Source of the DNA: an uncultured Gammaproteobacteria bacterium
Lineage (GTDB): Bacteria; Patescibacteriota; Patescibacteriia; Magasanikbacterales; UBA922
DNA length: 57,800 bases
Assembly (NCBI GenBank): GCA_964433095.1
Contig: CAYSPW010000004.1
Location: 1-57,800, forward strand
Direction: 5' to 3'
Part shown: piece by piece, positions 34,620-46,768 of the stretch
How positions within the stretch are numbered: position 1 is the stretch's first letter
How the letters are laid out: every line of letters begins with the position of its first letter
The notes under the pieces: model-generated
What the model was told of the DNA's origin: nothing
The model's input: only the letters and a program-made list of their open reading frames with translations
The model's database searches: none
Position numbers and translations under genes: made by a program

Positions 34620-34925
34620 ATGAAAAAAAATATCCATCCCCAGTATCATGATCAGGCCACAGTAGAATGCGCCTGTGGAAACAACTTTGTGATCGGCTCA
34701 ACCAAAGAATCAATCAGAGTAGAGCTGTGCGACATGTGCCATCCGTTTTACACCGGCAAACAAAAATTCGTTGATACGGCGAGACGGGTGGAAAAATTCC
34801 GGGAAAAAATAAAAAAAGCGAAAAAAGCGGCCCAATCCAGAAAAGGCAAAAAGGCCAAGCAAGCCTCGCGCCGCGAAAAAAACCAAGCCAATCAGGATAA
34901 GAAACAAAAGCCGGAAAGCAAATAG
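34620..34925 (+). CDS. rpmE: 50S ribosomal protein L31 (Zn-ribbon type) with K-rich C-terminal tail
   Basis: [10 protein letters not shown]...ECACGNNF...[13 protein letters not shown]. Confidence 0.9.
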   Translation: MKKNIHPQYHDQATVECACGNNFVIGSTKESIRVELCDMCHPFYTGKQKFVDTARRVEKFREKIKKAKKAAQSRKGKKAKQASRREKNQANQDKKQKPESK

Positions 34926-35021
34926 CCGCGAAAAAAAGAAAGCAGGCCCCTTTTTTCGGCCTGTTTTTTTGTGAAGCGTTTTTGTGATATATTAAAAAAA
35001 GCGATTGACTACATCAAAAAT

Positions 35022-36074
35022 ATGAAAGAAAAATATATACAAATAAAAGAAAAATTCAAGCGGCTGGAGTCTGAACTCCGAGATCCGCGGGTAATGTCCG
35101 ATCAGAAGAAAATAAAGGAAGTGTCGCGGCAATACAACGAACTCAAACCGGCGGCCGCGGCCATCGCCGAGCTGGAAAAAATTGAAAAAGAACAGCGCGG
35201 TGCCAAGCGCCTGCTCAAAGATGAAGAACCAAGCGAAATTTTGGATATGGTAAACAAAGAACTGGAAGAGTTAAAACGGGAAAAGAAGCGGTTTGAAAAA
35301 AAATTGCAAGCCGTCACCAGGCCGACCGATCCGATGGACAAAAAAGACGTGATAATTGAAATCAGAGCCGGAGCGGGCGGAGACGAGGCGGCCTTGTTCG
35401 TTGGTGATTTATCGCGTATGTACATGAGATACGCGGAATATAAAAAATGGCGCGTCAGTCTGATCAGCGCCAACCAGATCGGCATCGGCGGATACAAAGA
35501 AATAATATTTTCCATAGAAGGCGAAAAAGTGTATGGCGACCTGAAGTATGAAATGGGGGTTCATCGCGTTCAGAGAATACCGGAAACCGAAAAATCCGGC
35601 CGAATTCACACTTCCACCGCCAGCGTGGCGGTGCTGCCCGAGATTGAAGAAACCGAATATGAAATCAAGGACAGCGACCTGCGCGTTGACACGTTTTGTG
35701 CCGGCGGCCACGGCGGGCAAAGCGTCAATACCACCTATTCGGCGGTGCGCGTCACCCATATACCCACCGACATCGTGGTGCAGTGCCAAGATGAAAGATC
35801 GCAGCTGCAGAACAAAGTCAAAGCTTTAAATGTGCTGCGATCCCGGCTGTACGAATTGGAAGCGGAAAAGCAAAGAGCGGAGATTGACTCCAAACGCAAA
35901 AAACAAATCGGACGAGCCGGCCGTTCGGAAAAAATCCGCACCTACAACTTTCCCCAGGACCGCGTTACCGACCACCGCATCAAGCAGAGCTGGAATAATA
36001 TTGAGAAAATACTGAACGGCGACATTGTCGCCATCATATCAGCTTTAAAAAAAGCCGACTATGAAAAAAAATAA
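35022..36074 (+). CDS. prfA: peptide chain release factor 1
   Basis: PxT tripeptide ([23 protein letters not shown]) and GGQ ([11 protein letters not shown]). Start chosen at MKEKYIQ. Confidence 0.93.
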   Translation: MKEKYIQIKEKFKRLESELRDPRVMSDQKKIKEVSRQYNELKPAAAAIAELEKIEKEQRGAKRLLKDEEPSEILDMVNKELEELKREKKRFEKKLQAVTRPTDPMDKKDVIIEIRAGAGGDEAALFVGDLSRMYMRYAEYKKWRVSLISANQIGIGGYKEIIFSIEGEKVYGDLKYEMGVHRVQRIPETEKSGRIHTSTASVAVLPEIEETEYEIKDSDLRVDTFCAGGHGGQSVNTTYSAVRVTHIPTDIVVQCQDERSQLQNKVKALNVLRSRLYELEAEKQRAEIDSKRKKQIGRAGRSEKIRTYNFPQDRVTDHRIKQSWNNIEKILNGDIVAIISALKKADYEKK

Positions 36075-36951
36075 ACGACCGCACCCTTTGAGCATTGCCG
36101 GCCTGCTTCACCGAGCCAAACAAATGATAGATCCGCTTGACGCGCGAATTCTACTCGCCTTTATTCTGCAAAAAGACAAATCCTACCTGATCGCGCACTC
36201 GGACAAAAAACTGGATAACAAAACAGCGGCCAAATTTGAACGGCTGACGCAAAAAAGATCCGGCGGCAAACCGATTGCCTACCTTATCGGCCGCAAGGAA
36301 TTTTACGGACTGGAATTTGCGGTTAATCGCTTTACTTTAATTCCGCGGCCGGAAACCGAGCTGGTGGTAAAATACGCGGTCACCGTGGCCAAGCGAGCGA
36401 TAGACCAAAATCCACGCACTATTCTCATTGATATCGGCACCGGCTGCGGCTGCATACCGATCTCTCTATACGCCGAGTTAAAAAAACAAAACAAACATTT
36501 TCACAAGATTATAGCGACGGACATTTCCGCCCCGGCGCTAAAGATGGCCGCGCAGAACGCGGATAAGCATCGGGTTGACATGGAGCTACTACAAGGCGAC
36601 CTACTTGGCGCTTTCAATAGAAAAGACGTGGAACAAATTTGCGCCCATGATATAATAATAACGGCCAATCTGCCGTATTTAAAAGACGGGCAATACCACT
36701 CGGAACCGACAATTAAATTTGAGCCCAAACAAGCCTTGGTCTCTTCCAAGCGCGGCTTGGCCGCGTACGACAAGCTGTTTACCGAACTGGTAGCCAATCG
36801 GCTAAAAAATATTCGCGCCATTATCATTGAGATAGACCCATCGCAAGCAGAACCGATTAAACTGGTAGCCAAAAAACATTTTCCCGGCTGCCGACCGGCG
36901 GTTTTAAAAGACTTCAGCCGCCAATTCAGAGTGGTAAGAATAACTTTTTAA
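36061..36951 (+). CDS. prmC: release factor glutamine N5-methyltransferase PrmC/HemK
   Basis: [10 protein letters not shown] and ITANLPYL (an NPPY variant). Overlaps prfA by 14 nt. Confidence 0.85.
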   Translation: MKKNKRPHPLSIAGLLHRAKQMIDPLDARILLAFILQKDKSYLIAHSDKKLDNKTAAKFERLTQKRSGGKPIAYLIGRKEFYGLEFAVNRFTLIPRPETELVVKYAVTVAKRAIDQNPRTILIDIGTGCGCIPISLYAELKKQNKHFHKIIATDISAPALKMAAQNADKHRVDMELLQGDLLGAFNRKDVEQICAHDIIITANLPYLKDGQYHSEPTIKFEPKQALVSSKRGLAAYDKLFTELVANRLKNIRAIIIEIDPSQAEPIKLVAKKHFPGCRPAVLKDFSRQFRVVRITF

Positions 36952-36991
36952 AATCGGAGCCCGAGCGTCGGTTTTTTTGCGCGGCAATCCT

Positions 36992-37261
36992 CTATTCAAT
37001 TCCGGCCACTTTGGCATTGTAACTATTCAAAAGTTGGCGCGCTTGTTTTTTTAACTCACGCATCTGTTGACGCAAATCATGACTTTCATTTCGCAGCCGG
37101 CTCAACTCTTGCACATCCTGCTGCCGCTTTAATTCCATATTTATCCGGTCCAGGCGCTCCTCAATCCCTTCTATTTCTTGTTCCATGTTCATTATCTCCG
37201 GATTACCGAACACTTGATTGATTTCCTCTCCGCTGACATATCTTTGTTTTAGTCGCTCCAT
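36992..37261 (-). CDS. small coiled-coil hypothetical protein
   Basis: 89-aa charged helical ORF. Confidence 0.4.
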   Translation of the reverse strand: MERLKQRYVSGEEINQVFGNPEIMNMEQEIEGIEERLDRINMELKRQQDVQELSRLRNESHDLRQQMRELKKQARQLLNSYNAKVAGIE

Positions 37262-37272
37262 ATTTTTTTAAA

Positions 37273-38421
37273 TTAAAAATACTCAATATTCATTTTTCCA
37301 TCTTGACCCAATATTTGCACCCAGGTAATGCCCGGTGTCAATTCTATGGGCCGACCTTCCGTACTCAGCCACTGCGTTGTCTTTTTTTGTTCTTCTTTTT
37401 GCCAGCGTCCTTCAAGTATGTTTCCGCGCGTGAATATGTAAGCGTCTCCCTGTCCCACGGTGGATATTCGCAGGCGGCCCAATTCATCTATAACCGCGGT
37501 TCGCACTCTTTGCACTATCACATTGTCCGCCAGTACTGGCGTGCCGTCCGAGTCAAAATATTGCTCACCGTTTTCATGGCGCACAAATTTTCCGGTTGAA
37601 GTATTGTACCACCAGGAAGGCTCAAAATATCCCGGGCCGTATTCAAGCTTAACATGAAGCACGCAATCCCGCTCACAACATTCAACTTGGCCGTAATGCC
37701 AGCCGCTGAACCGGCTGCTACCGGCTTCTTGAGCATATTTTTCAAATCCTTTTTTCCATAACCGGTCGTTGGTATATACATTATGTGGAGCGGCCCTTTG
37801 CTGATCGCGCCAAAAATACCAGCCGCGGTAAAATTCATTAAAATCAAATATATTGTAAAACTCAATTTGTTCCAATGCCTGAGGCGAGCCGCCCACGTGC
37901 ATATACAGCGGCCGTCCGTACTCCAGCAGCCAGTTCAAAAAATATGGACGAGCGCTGCGCACCGGACCGACTTTTTCCACCCGCGTTTCCAGGGCATATA
38001 TAGCCATAAACCTGGTAAAATTACCTTCTACCGGAGCCTCATAAACAATAGATGCCCGCGCCAGGCCGGACTGCGGCCGGGCGCGCATGTGATTATCTAT
38101 CATTACCGCCACCGGCTGCACCGATTCCTCCTCATCCGCGAGGCATCGTCCGCTCAGCGGATTTATTTTCACACAGTCATTGGTACTATTTTGCGTATTC
38201 TTATGCGGCTCAACCAAGCTATTGCCACTGCGATTGGCCGAAAAATATCCATACGCGAACCAAAGAGAAAGGAAAAAAGCGGCCGACAGCACCAAGGCGC
38301 TTAAGGCGTAAACGTAGCGTACCTCGTTAAACCAGGCAATCCTGCTTTTGAAAGGCAGCCTTTTATGGTAAATTTTTTTAAATAACTTTCGGGGCATATT
38401 TTTTATTATACCACTATTCAT
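37273..38421 (-). CDS. DUF3048-family (YerB-like) secreted/anchored protein; start uncertain
   Basis: VAVMIDNHMRARPQSGLARASIVYEAPVEGNFTRFMAIY is typical of DUF3048. Confidence 0.7.
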   Translation of the reverse strand: MNSGIIKNMPRKLFKKIYHKRLPFKSRIAWFNEVRYVYALSALVLSAAFFLSLWFAYGYFSANRSGNSLVEPHKNTQNSTNDCVKINPLSGRCLADEEESVQPVAVMIDNHMRARPQSGLARASIVYEAPVEGNFTRFMAIYALETRVEKVGPVRSARPYFLNWLLEYGRPLYMHVGGSPQALEQIEFYNIFDFNEFYRGWYFWRDQQRAAPHNVYTNDRLWKKGFEKYAQEAGSSRFSGWHYGQVECCERDCVLHVKLEYGPGYFEPSWWYNTSTGKFVRHENGEQYFDSDGTPVLADNVIVQRVRTAVIDELGRLRISTVGQGDAYIFTRGNILEGRWQKEEQKKTTQWLSTEGRPIELTPGITWVQILGQDGKMNIEYF

Positions 38422-38486
38422 TGACTTTTTTAAAATAAAAATCTCGCCGGCTGTCGCCAAAATGCGAGATTTTCCAGTTCTTTTTA

Positions 38487-39197
38487 TTATTTCTTTTCTT
38501 CCTTGTCTTCTTTTTGTTCGGCCTGCTCTTCAGCCGACTTTTGCTTGCTTTCTTCCTCTTCTTCAACCTTACCCTTTTCTTCCACTTCCACATCTTCCAC
38601 GGACGGCGCTTCCGCCTCCTCCATCGCTTTAAGCTGATCCTCGGTCAAAGGCGCGCTTACTTTTGCCACTACCGTGTTCGGGTTATCGGTAACTTCCATG
38701 CCTTCGGGTACGGGAAGATCGCCGATTTTTATTACGTTGTCAAAAGTGCGCAGATCGCTCAAATCAACCTTGATATCGGATACCAAATCCTTGGGTAAAC
38801 ATTTGACATTGATGTAGTCAAGACCCTTCACCAAAGTACCGCCCAACTCTTTTACCGCCGGCGCCTCATTGACATAGTCAAGTTCAATTGAAGTATACAT
38901 TTGTTCGCCCATTTTAATTTGTCTGAAATCGGCATGAATCATATCGCGCTTGACCGGATCGTACTGCACGTCTTGAATCAATACTTTAATCGGTTCGCTT
39001 TCTCCTTCTATGGTAAGATCAATCAAAGAAGATTCTCCCGCTTCTTCATAAAATTTTTCAAAAGTATTGTAATCAAGCGATACCGGTTGCGTCTGCTCGC
39101 GCTCCGGTCCGTACACCACGGCCGGCAGCAGGCCATGTTCGCGCTCAGCATCGGGTCTTCCGGCCGCTCTTTTTTTTACCATTAAACTGAAAGTCAT
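38487..39197 (-). CDS. rplY: 50S ribosomal protein L25 / general stress protein Ctc, with E/K-rich tail
   Basis: LPAVVYGPEREQTQPVSLDYNTF...IHADFRQI. Confidence 0.85.
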   Translation of the reverse strand: MTFSLMVKKRAAGRPDAEREHGLLPAVVYGPEREQTQPVSLDYNTFEKFYEEAGESSLIDLTIEGESEPIKVLIQDVQYDPVKRDMIHADFRQIKMGEQMYTSIELDYVNEAPAVKELGGTLVKGLDYINVKCLPKDLVSDIKVDLSDLRTFDNVIKIGDLPVPEGMEVTDNPNTVVAKVSAPLTEDQLKAMEEAEAPSVEDVEVEEKGKVEEEEESKQKSAEEQAEQKEDKEEKK

Positions 39198-39220
39198 ATA
39201 TTATCTTTTTAAAATAAAGG

Positions 39221-39580
39221 TTAAACATCTAAATTTTTAAACAATGCCAATTGTTTTTTTCTGATCAACGAATGAAATTCCAGAAATTCATCATCTGATA
39301 CCGGTTCTTTGTCCTGCAGCCGAACGACGTCTTTTTGGGACAGGTCGGTCACCAGGCCGAGCGAGCTTAAACCCACTTCCGAAACCACCATTACCGACAA
39401 TACCGCATTATTGCAATGCGGACAGGTGGCATGCACCAGCATGCTATTATTTTTTTCTTTCAAAATACTCATGTCATCCAGCTCGTATTCTCCTTCACAT
39501 AGCGGACAATCGCGAATAACGCGCATGCCTTTAATATGCCCGCCGTCGGTTGTAATATCTTCTGAATGCTGCTGATTCAT
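39221..39580 (-). CDS. zinc-ribbon hypothetical protein
   Basis: CPLCEG...CPHCNN gives a four-Cys arrangement. Confidence 0.45.
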   Translation of the reverse strand: MNQQHSEDITTDGGHIKGMRVIRDCPLCEGEYELDDMSILKEKNNSMLVHATCPHCNNAVLSVMVVSEVGLSSLGLVTDLSQKDVVRLQDKEPVSDDEFLEFHSLIRKKQLALFKNLDV

Positions 39581-39635
39581 AAGTCGCGCTGATTATATAT
39601 CAAAAAATAAGAATAAGTCAAGTGTTATTGTAACA

Positions 39636-40739
39636 TTATTTTCGCGACGAGCGAAATATACTTTGCGCCATGCCGATCAGTAAAAAATTAATTATTAAAG
39701 AAGATCCGCCATAGCTCAAAAAAGGGAGAGTGATTCCGGTTACCGGCAACAGGCCGGCGGAGCCACCAATATTCAACACTATCTGAATCAAAAATAACAA
39801 AAATACGCCCACCGTCAAATAGGCGGCAAAATCATTTTTTCCGTGCTTGGCGATTAAGGCCAGGCGCCACAACATTAAAAAATACAAGCTCATTACTATC
39901 AACACCACGACAAAACCGAGCTCTTCGGCAATCACGGAAAAAATGAAATCGGTCTGAGCTTCGGGCAGAAAATGCAACTGGCTTTGCGAACCAAACCCCA
40001 ATCCACGACCAAAAAAACCACCCGCCCCGATCGCTATTATTGACTGACTGACATTGTATCCGGCGCCGAGTGGATCAAGCTCAGGATTCAAAAAAATACG
40101 CAAGCGGTCTTTCTGGTAATCGGCCAGCACAAAAGTCCAGCTTAAAAAAGCTACCAGAATGGCTCCGACCGCCAACGACGCTATATATCTTTTTTTTGTG
40201 CCGGTAAAAAGCAGCATTAAGAACCAAACGGCCATCATAATAATCGCCGAGCCCAAATCAGGTTGCAGCATTGTGAGCGTCACCGGTACCAATGTTATCA
40301 GGGCGCTGGTAAATACGAACTGCCAACGATCAAAACGGCGGCCATGCCTTTCTATCCAATAAGCCAAAAAAATTATCAAAGAAAGCTTGGCAAACTCCAC
40401 CGGCTGAAATGAATATCCGGCCAGGCGAAACCAACCGGTGGTGCCGCGTATTGTAGTGCCAAAAAAAAGCACGGCCACGAGCAGTACCAGCGACAACAAA
40501 TAAAACAAGCGTGCCGAATACTGGTAAAAAGTAACATGCAAAGTTCCGGCCGCGAAAAAAAGCACCGCCCCCATGACCAACGCCGCCACCTGGGTGGGAA
40601 AAAAAAGCAATTCTTCACCGAGCGACAGGTCAACACTATAGATGGAAATCAAACCGATGCCGGCTAAAATAAAAACAACGATTGTCAAAAACCAATCGTA
40701 ATTTCTAATCAAAAAAAACTTCTCCAGCAACCAACCCAT
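39636..40739 (-). CDS. SEDS-family glycosyltransferase FtsW/RodA
   Basis: 367 aa and polytopic; FLPEAQTDFIFSVIAEELG and LPFLSYGGSSL are typical of FtsW/RodA/SpoVE. Confidence 0.88.
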   Translation of the reverse strand: MGWLLEKFFLIRNYDWFLTIVVFILAGIGLISIYSVDLSLGEELLFFPTQVAALVMGAVLFFAAGTLHVTFYQYSARLFYLLSLVLLVAVLFFGTTIRGTTGWFRLAGYSFQPVEFAKLSLIIFLAYWIERHGRRFDRWQFVFTSALITLVPVTLTMLQPDLGSAIIMMAVWFLMLLFTGTKKRYIASLAVGAILVAFLSWTFVLADYQKDRLRIFLNPELDPLGAGYNVSQSIIAIGAGGFFGRGLGFGSQSQLHFLPEAQTDFIFSVIAEELGFVVVLIVMSLYFLMLWRLALIAKHGKNDFAAYLTVGVFLLFLIQIVLNIGGSAGLLPVTGITLPFLSYGGSSLIINFLLIGMAQSIFRSSRK

Positions 40740-40762
40740 AAACTATTCTTAATCCTTTTCTT

Positions 40763-41665
40763 TTACGATCCCGGCTCCATGTATTCGTAAGAGTCGTAAA
40801 TATTGATTAGCGGAATCAAATTGACAGAGTCGGCCTCCAAGTTTTCGATCAGAGAACGCAGATCCAATTCCCTCGTATCGCCGCTTCTAAAAGCGGTCAC
40901 GGTCAAATACACCAATCCGGTTCGCCTGCCATTATCTAAAAGCTCCACATAAAAATCGGGCTCCCAGTAACTATATGCACTATCATTGTACAAGTCAAAT
41001 TGAATTCTATGCGCCGACAAACCGCTTTGCCCCCCGGCGCGAGTAAAATCAAAATTTTCCCAGCGAAAATTCAGTCTTTCCCGCTTATGCGCAATCACAT
41101 CCTCCACCGCGCGCGGATTGATGTTTCGCCATTCCACGCCAATCACTTCCAGTTTGGCGTAAGTGGGATAATTGAGTAATTCGTGTCCGAGAAAAGCCAC
41201 CGGCCGCTCGCTGTTGGGCAATATTACGGTCTTTAGAGCGTCAGTTTGCCCGCCGGTGTAGGTGTAGCGGTAATTCAACTGCGCCACCCAGCGGTTGTTC
41301 GGATTTCTCACGTCCGTGACAAAGTCATAGCTTTGCGCGGCTGACGCAAACACTTCGGTGGTTCCGAACTGCAAATTCCGGGCACTGTAAAGAGGTTGAA
41401 TGGCGGTGTAATTGGGAAATTCAATTACTTGCCTAGCCAGCATTTCCCGGTCTTCAAAATAGTCAAAGATCAGATACTTACCCCAAGCGTACACGCTGAA
41501 GCTGACCGTGGCCGCGCACCAGGCCACCAACGCTCCGGTCGCTATCTTCTGCAACAGCCGTCTATTCTTCACATACCAGGTGGCAATTTTTAATTCTTTA
41601 ACTCCGAATTCGCCAATCGGATCTTCATAGGTTTCAGTGCCGGATTTTTTTTTACCTAAGGCCAT
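40763..41665 (-). CDS. membrane-anchored hypothetical protein
   Basis: 300 aa with one N-terminal TM helix; no motif recognised. Confidence 0.5.
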   Translation of the reverse strand: MALGKKKSGTETYEDPIGEFGVKELKIATWYVKNRRLLQKIATGALVAWCAATVSFSVYAWGKYLIFDYFEDREMLARQVIEFPNYTAIQPLYSARNLQFGTTEVFASAAQSYDFVTDVRNPNNRWVAQLNYRYTYTGGQTDALKTVILPNSERPVAFLGHELLNYPTYAKLEVIGVEWRNINPRAVEDVIAHKRERLNFRWENFDFTRAGGQSGLSAHRIQFDLYNDSAYSYWEPDFYVELLDNGRRTGLVYLTVTAFRSGDTRELDLRSLIENLEADSVNLIPLINIYDSYEYMEPGS

Positions 41666-41738
41666 AATTTTGCGAGATTAAAAAAGAAAGTAAATATTTG
41701 CATATATTATACACTAAAAATATGCCTGTTTACACCCC

Positions 41739-41767
41739 TTGTCCGGCGCGGTCCCGCGTGATATAAT
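41739..41767 (+). promoter_or_regulatory. promoter upstream of gyrB
   Basis: TTGTCC-17 nt-TATAAT; the spacer contains the palindrome CGCGGTCCCGCG. Confidence 0.55.
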
Positions 41768-41801
41768 AATGATGCTGTTTTACTAAACAAAAATGAAATA
41801 A

Positions 41802-43946
<2,145 letters not shown>

Positions 43947-43956
43947 AATACGCGGC

Positions 43957-43984
43957 AAAAACCCGGCCTTTGCCGGGTTTTTTG
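43957..43984. terminator. bidirectional intrinsic terminator
   Basis: AAACCCGGC-CTTT-GCCGGGTTT followed by TTTT. Confidence 0.65.
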
Positions 43985-43986
43985 AT

Positions 43987-45018
43987 TTAAGCTTCCGAGT
44001 ACTGCTCATATATTTCCACCAACTCCCCCTCTTCAATCAATTTGACTGATTCTCCTTTTCTTTTTACTTCGTCATTCAACATAAATTCCGCTCCCACCCC
44101 CACTTCCACGGCATAGCGCAAACAGTCGTATTTGTTGCTGCCGATCGAACGCAGGAACAAAGGATTGACAAGCGCTTTTTCTTCTTCCCGCCTATAGTTT
44201 ATACCAGGAGCCACTTGTTTCAAAATCTCTTTTAATCTGATATCACCCGCGTTATACGCGGCCGCCGCCAGGCCCCAGTGCCCGTCAAACTCTTGGTATG
44301 TCAGGCGCAGGTATTTCACTCCCGCTTCAATATTCGCGTCCATTTTTTTCATGCTTCCCTTCACTCCGATCAATCCGGCCGTAGTCGGTTTGACTTGCAT
44401 CAGTCCGGTGGCGCCGCTGCGCCTGTTTATACGATTAGGATTCATCACGCTTTCTTTGAAGGCCACGCCGAGCGCCATCCACAAGGGCACGCCCTGCTCA
44501 ATGCAATTTTTCACCATCAAACACAGCATTTGTTCTTTGTATTTGAAAAAAGGCTTCAGATATCTGCTTTTGACCATTTCGTTATTGTTGAATTTATTTG
44601 TAAGCAAATATCTTTTTATTCTTTGCCTGGTTGTTTCCATTCGTTTTTCAAAATGCTTGACCAGCTCTTTTTCATCCTTGATCTCGGGCGGAGCCACCCG
44701 GCGCAGTAGTCTGGAATCGGCTCTTCGGAGCAAATCTTTCGCTTCTTGAACGATCAGGTCGGTCCGCACCAATTCTTCCAGCTCTTTTTTCTTCTCCGCC
44801 TCCGCTCTTCCCGCTTCGGCCGCCGCGGCCACTCTTTTTCGCGCCTCTGCCTGTTTAACCTGTCCACTTATTTCCACCCTTCGGCTCGCTCTTTTCGCCT
44901 TTTCTTCTTTGCCGTGCTTAAAGGCCTGGCCCACGCCCAAACCGACCGCGCCGGCAGCAAAAGCAGCCGTGTCTCTTAAAAATTCCCTCCTGGTTTTTCC
45001 TCCACCTGATTCAGACAT
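43987..45018 (-). CDS. lytic transglycosylase (SLT domain) with Tat-like N-terminal signal
   Basis: ESVMNPNRINRRSGATGLMQV and AAYNAG. N-terminus reads KTRREFLRDTAAFAAGAVGLG. Confidence 0.8.
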   Translation of the reverse strand: MSESGGGKTRREFLRDTAAFAAGAVGLGVGQAFKHGKEEKAKRASRRVEISGQVKQAEARKRVAAAAEAGRAEAEKKKELEELVRTDLIVQEAKDLLRRADSRLLRRVAPPEIKDEKELVKHFEKRMETTRQRIKRYLLTNKFNNNEMVKSRYLKPFFKYKEQMLCLMVKNCIEQGVPLWMALGVAFKESVMNPNRINRRSGATGLMQVKPTTAGLIGVKGSMKKMDANIEAGVKYLRLTYQEFDGHWGLAAAAYNAGDIRLKEILKQVAPGINYRREEEKALVNPLFLRSIGSNKYDCLRYAVEVGVGAEFMLNDEVKRKGESVKLIEEGELVEIYEQYSEA

Positions 45019-45317
45019 ACATATATATATTTAGAATAAATATACTACAAACTAAGCACAAATGACAAATAAAAAAACGGCGCGTGCCAATTTTACTTCT
45101 CCATAATGATCAAAACATAATGAGTATAAAGAAGGGCTGAGACAGGAACCGCATCGTTTATTTAAAAAACATGAGCAGGATCGCCTCATCCTTCCCTCCA
45201 ATAAGAGTGGGCACTATCAATATCGTCCGGATGGACAAATTCATGCTCGTCCACCAAACATCGCATCTAAACGGATTGAAATGGATTTGTCATGTGACTG
45301 AATTGTCCACACTGTGC

Positions 45318-45346
45318 TTGACAATTTGGTTTGTTTTAGGTATATT
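45318..45346 (+). promoter_or_regulatory. promoter upstream of secE-nusG
   Basis: TTGACA-17 nt-TATATT. A CGGCCCCGGGCCG palindrome plus T-run follows, before the secE ATG. Confidence 0.55.
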
Positions 45347-45397
45347 ATGCGCATCAATCGGCCCCGGGCCGTTTTTAAATAAAAAATTTTTAATTTT

Positions 45398-45598
45398 ATG
45401 GCAAAAAATAGTAATTTAAGCCAAAAAATAAAGGAATATTTCAAGGGTTCGGTCTCGGAAATGAAAAAGGTGGTCTGGCCGACAAAAAAGCAAACCACCA
45501 CCTACTCCATCATCGTGATCGCCATGAGCTTGGGCGTGGCTGTTTTTTTCGGCATTCTAGACTATATCTTCAACCTTATCTTAGAAAAAATTATTTAA
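45398..45598 (+). CDS. secE: preprotein translocase subunit SecE
   Basis: 66 aa; EMKKVVWPTKKQ followed by a single TM helix; lies upstream of nusG. Confidence 0.85.
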   Translation: MAKNSNLSQKIKEYFKGSVSEMKKVVWPTKKQTTTYSIIVIAMSLGVAVFFGILDYIFNLILEKII

Positions 45599-45605
45599 AA
45601 AAATT

Positions 45606-46151
45606 ATGGCTAAACAAACATTAGACTTGGGCAAACGCTGGTACGTGCTCCACACCTACAGCGGATACGAAGAAAATGTCAAACGCAATCTGGAGCAGCG
45701 CATTGACACTTTTGACATGCATGATAAGATCTTCAAGGTGCTGGTGCCCAAAGAAAAGAAGATCAAGATTAAAAACGGCAAGCGTCAGACCGTGGAAGAA
45801 AAAATTTTTCCGGGCTATGTGCTGGTGCAGATGATTGTGACCGATGATTCCTGGTACGTGGTGAGAAACACCCCCAATGTAACCGGCTTTGTCGGCTCCG
45901 GCACCACCCCCACTCCGATAGACCCCAAAGAAATGCAAAGCCTGACCAAAAGAATGAAAGTGGAAGAACCGACCCACAAGATTGACGTGAGAGAGGATGA
46001 TCCGGTAAGAATCATTGACGGACCTTTCAAGAACTTTGAAGGCAAAGTGGAAAGCGTGGATGAAGCCAGAGGAAAAGTCAAAATATTGGTAAGCATGTTC
46101 GGGCGGGAAACTCCGGTAGAACTGGACGCGCTGCAGGTAAAAAAACTCTAA
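45606..46151 (+). CDS. nusG: transcription termination/antitermination factor NusG
   Basis: KRWYVLHTYSGYEENV, and a KOW region with VRIIDGPFKNFEGKV. Confidence 0.93.
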   Translation: MAKQTLDLGKRWYVLHTYSGYEENVKRNLEQRIDTFDMHDKIFKVLVPKEKKIKIKNGKRQTVEEKIFPGYVLVQMIVTDDSWYVVRNTPNVTGFVGSGTTPTPIDPKEMQSLTKRMKVEEPTHKIDVREDDPVRIIDGPFKNFEGKVESVDEARGKVKILVSMFGRETPVELDALQVKKL

Positions 46152-46254
46152 ATTGACAAGCGAGATTAAAAAACAAAGATTAAGAAATCTAAAATTAGTT
46201 AATGGACGAGGTGGCTCTCACGCGTGCTTCTCACCTCAAAATGAATAAAAAAAT

Positions 46255-46677
46255 ATGGCAAAGAAACTAATGACGCAGATAAAACTGCAAATTATGGGCG
46301 GAGCGGCCAATCCGGCTCCTCCGGTTGGCCCGGCTTTGGGCCAGCACGGCCTGAATATACAGGACTTCTGCACCCGGTTTAACGCCGCCACCCAGGATAA
46401 AAATGGTGAAGTGGTGCCCGTGATTATTAACGTGTACGAAGACAGGTCGTTTGATTTTGTCACCAAAGTGGCCCCGGCCTCGTCCCTAATCATGAAAGCG
46501 GCCGGCCTAAAAAAGGGATCTGGCAATCCGCTTAAGGAAAAAGTGGGAAAAATTACCAAAGCACAGGTAAAAGAAATAGCGGAAAAGAAGATGCCCGATC
46601 TGAACGCCAACGATATTGAAGCGGCCATGAAAATTATTGAAGGTACCGCCAGACAAATGGGCGTTACGGTAAAATAA
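46255..46677 (+). CDS. rplK: 50S ribosomal protein L11
   Basis: [31 protein letters not shown]. Confidence 0.95.
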   Translation: MAKKLMTQIKLQIMGGAANPAPPVGPALGQHGLNIQDFCTRFNAATQDKNGEVVPVIINVYEDRSFDFVTKVAPASSLIMKAAGLKKGSGNPLKEKVGKITKAQVKEIAEKKMPDLNANDIEAAMKIIEGTARQMGVTVK

Positions 46678-46695
46678 TGGAAAAACGGATAAAAA

Positions 46696-46720
46696 AGCCT
46701 GGAAAATTCCGGGCTTTTTT
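46696..46720 (+). terminator. intrinsic terminator directly after rplK
   Basis: AGCCTGG-6 nt-CCGGGCT followed by TTTTTT; a TATAAT box comes next. Confidence 0.6.
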
Positions 46721-46768
46721 GGTATAATAACGGCAATAAAATTTTTTAATCAAAAGAAAAATATACAT

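Noticed and set aside
45125-45200. GGGCTGAGA...ACC...CAGGATC...CCCT resembled pieces of a TPP riboswitch.
   Set aside because: The order and strand of the elements do not fit the THI-box: there is no ACCUGAUCUGG..UAAU..CCAGCG core, and the AGGGA element is on the wrong strand. The downstream genes (secE/nusG or SLT) are not thiamine-related.
46152-46254. GAGGTG...CACCTC hairpin (about 46209-46237) upstream of rplK as a possible L11-operon leader.
   Set aside because: It is a single 6-bp helix with a large loop and no recognisable similarity to a known leader. That is too weak to call without comparative data.
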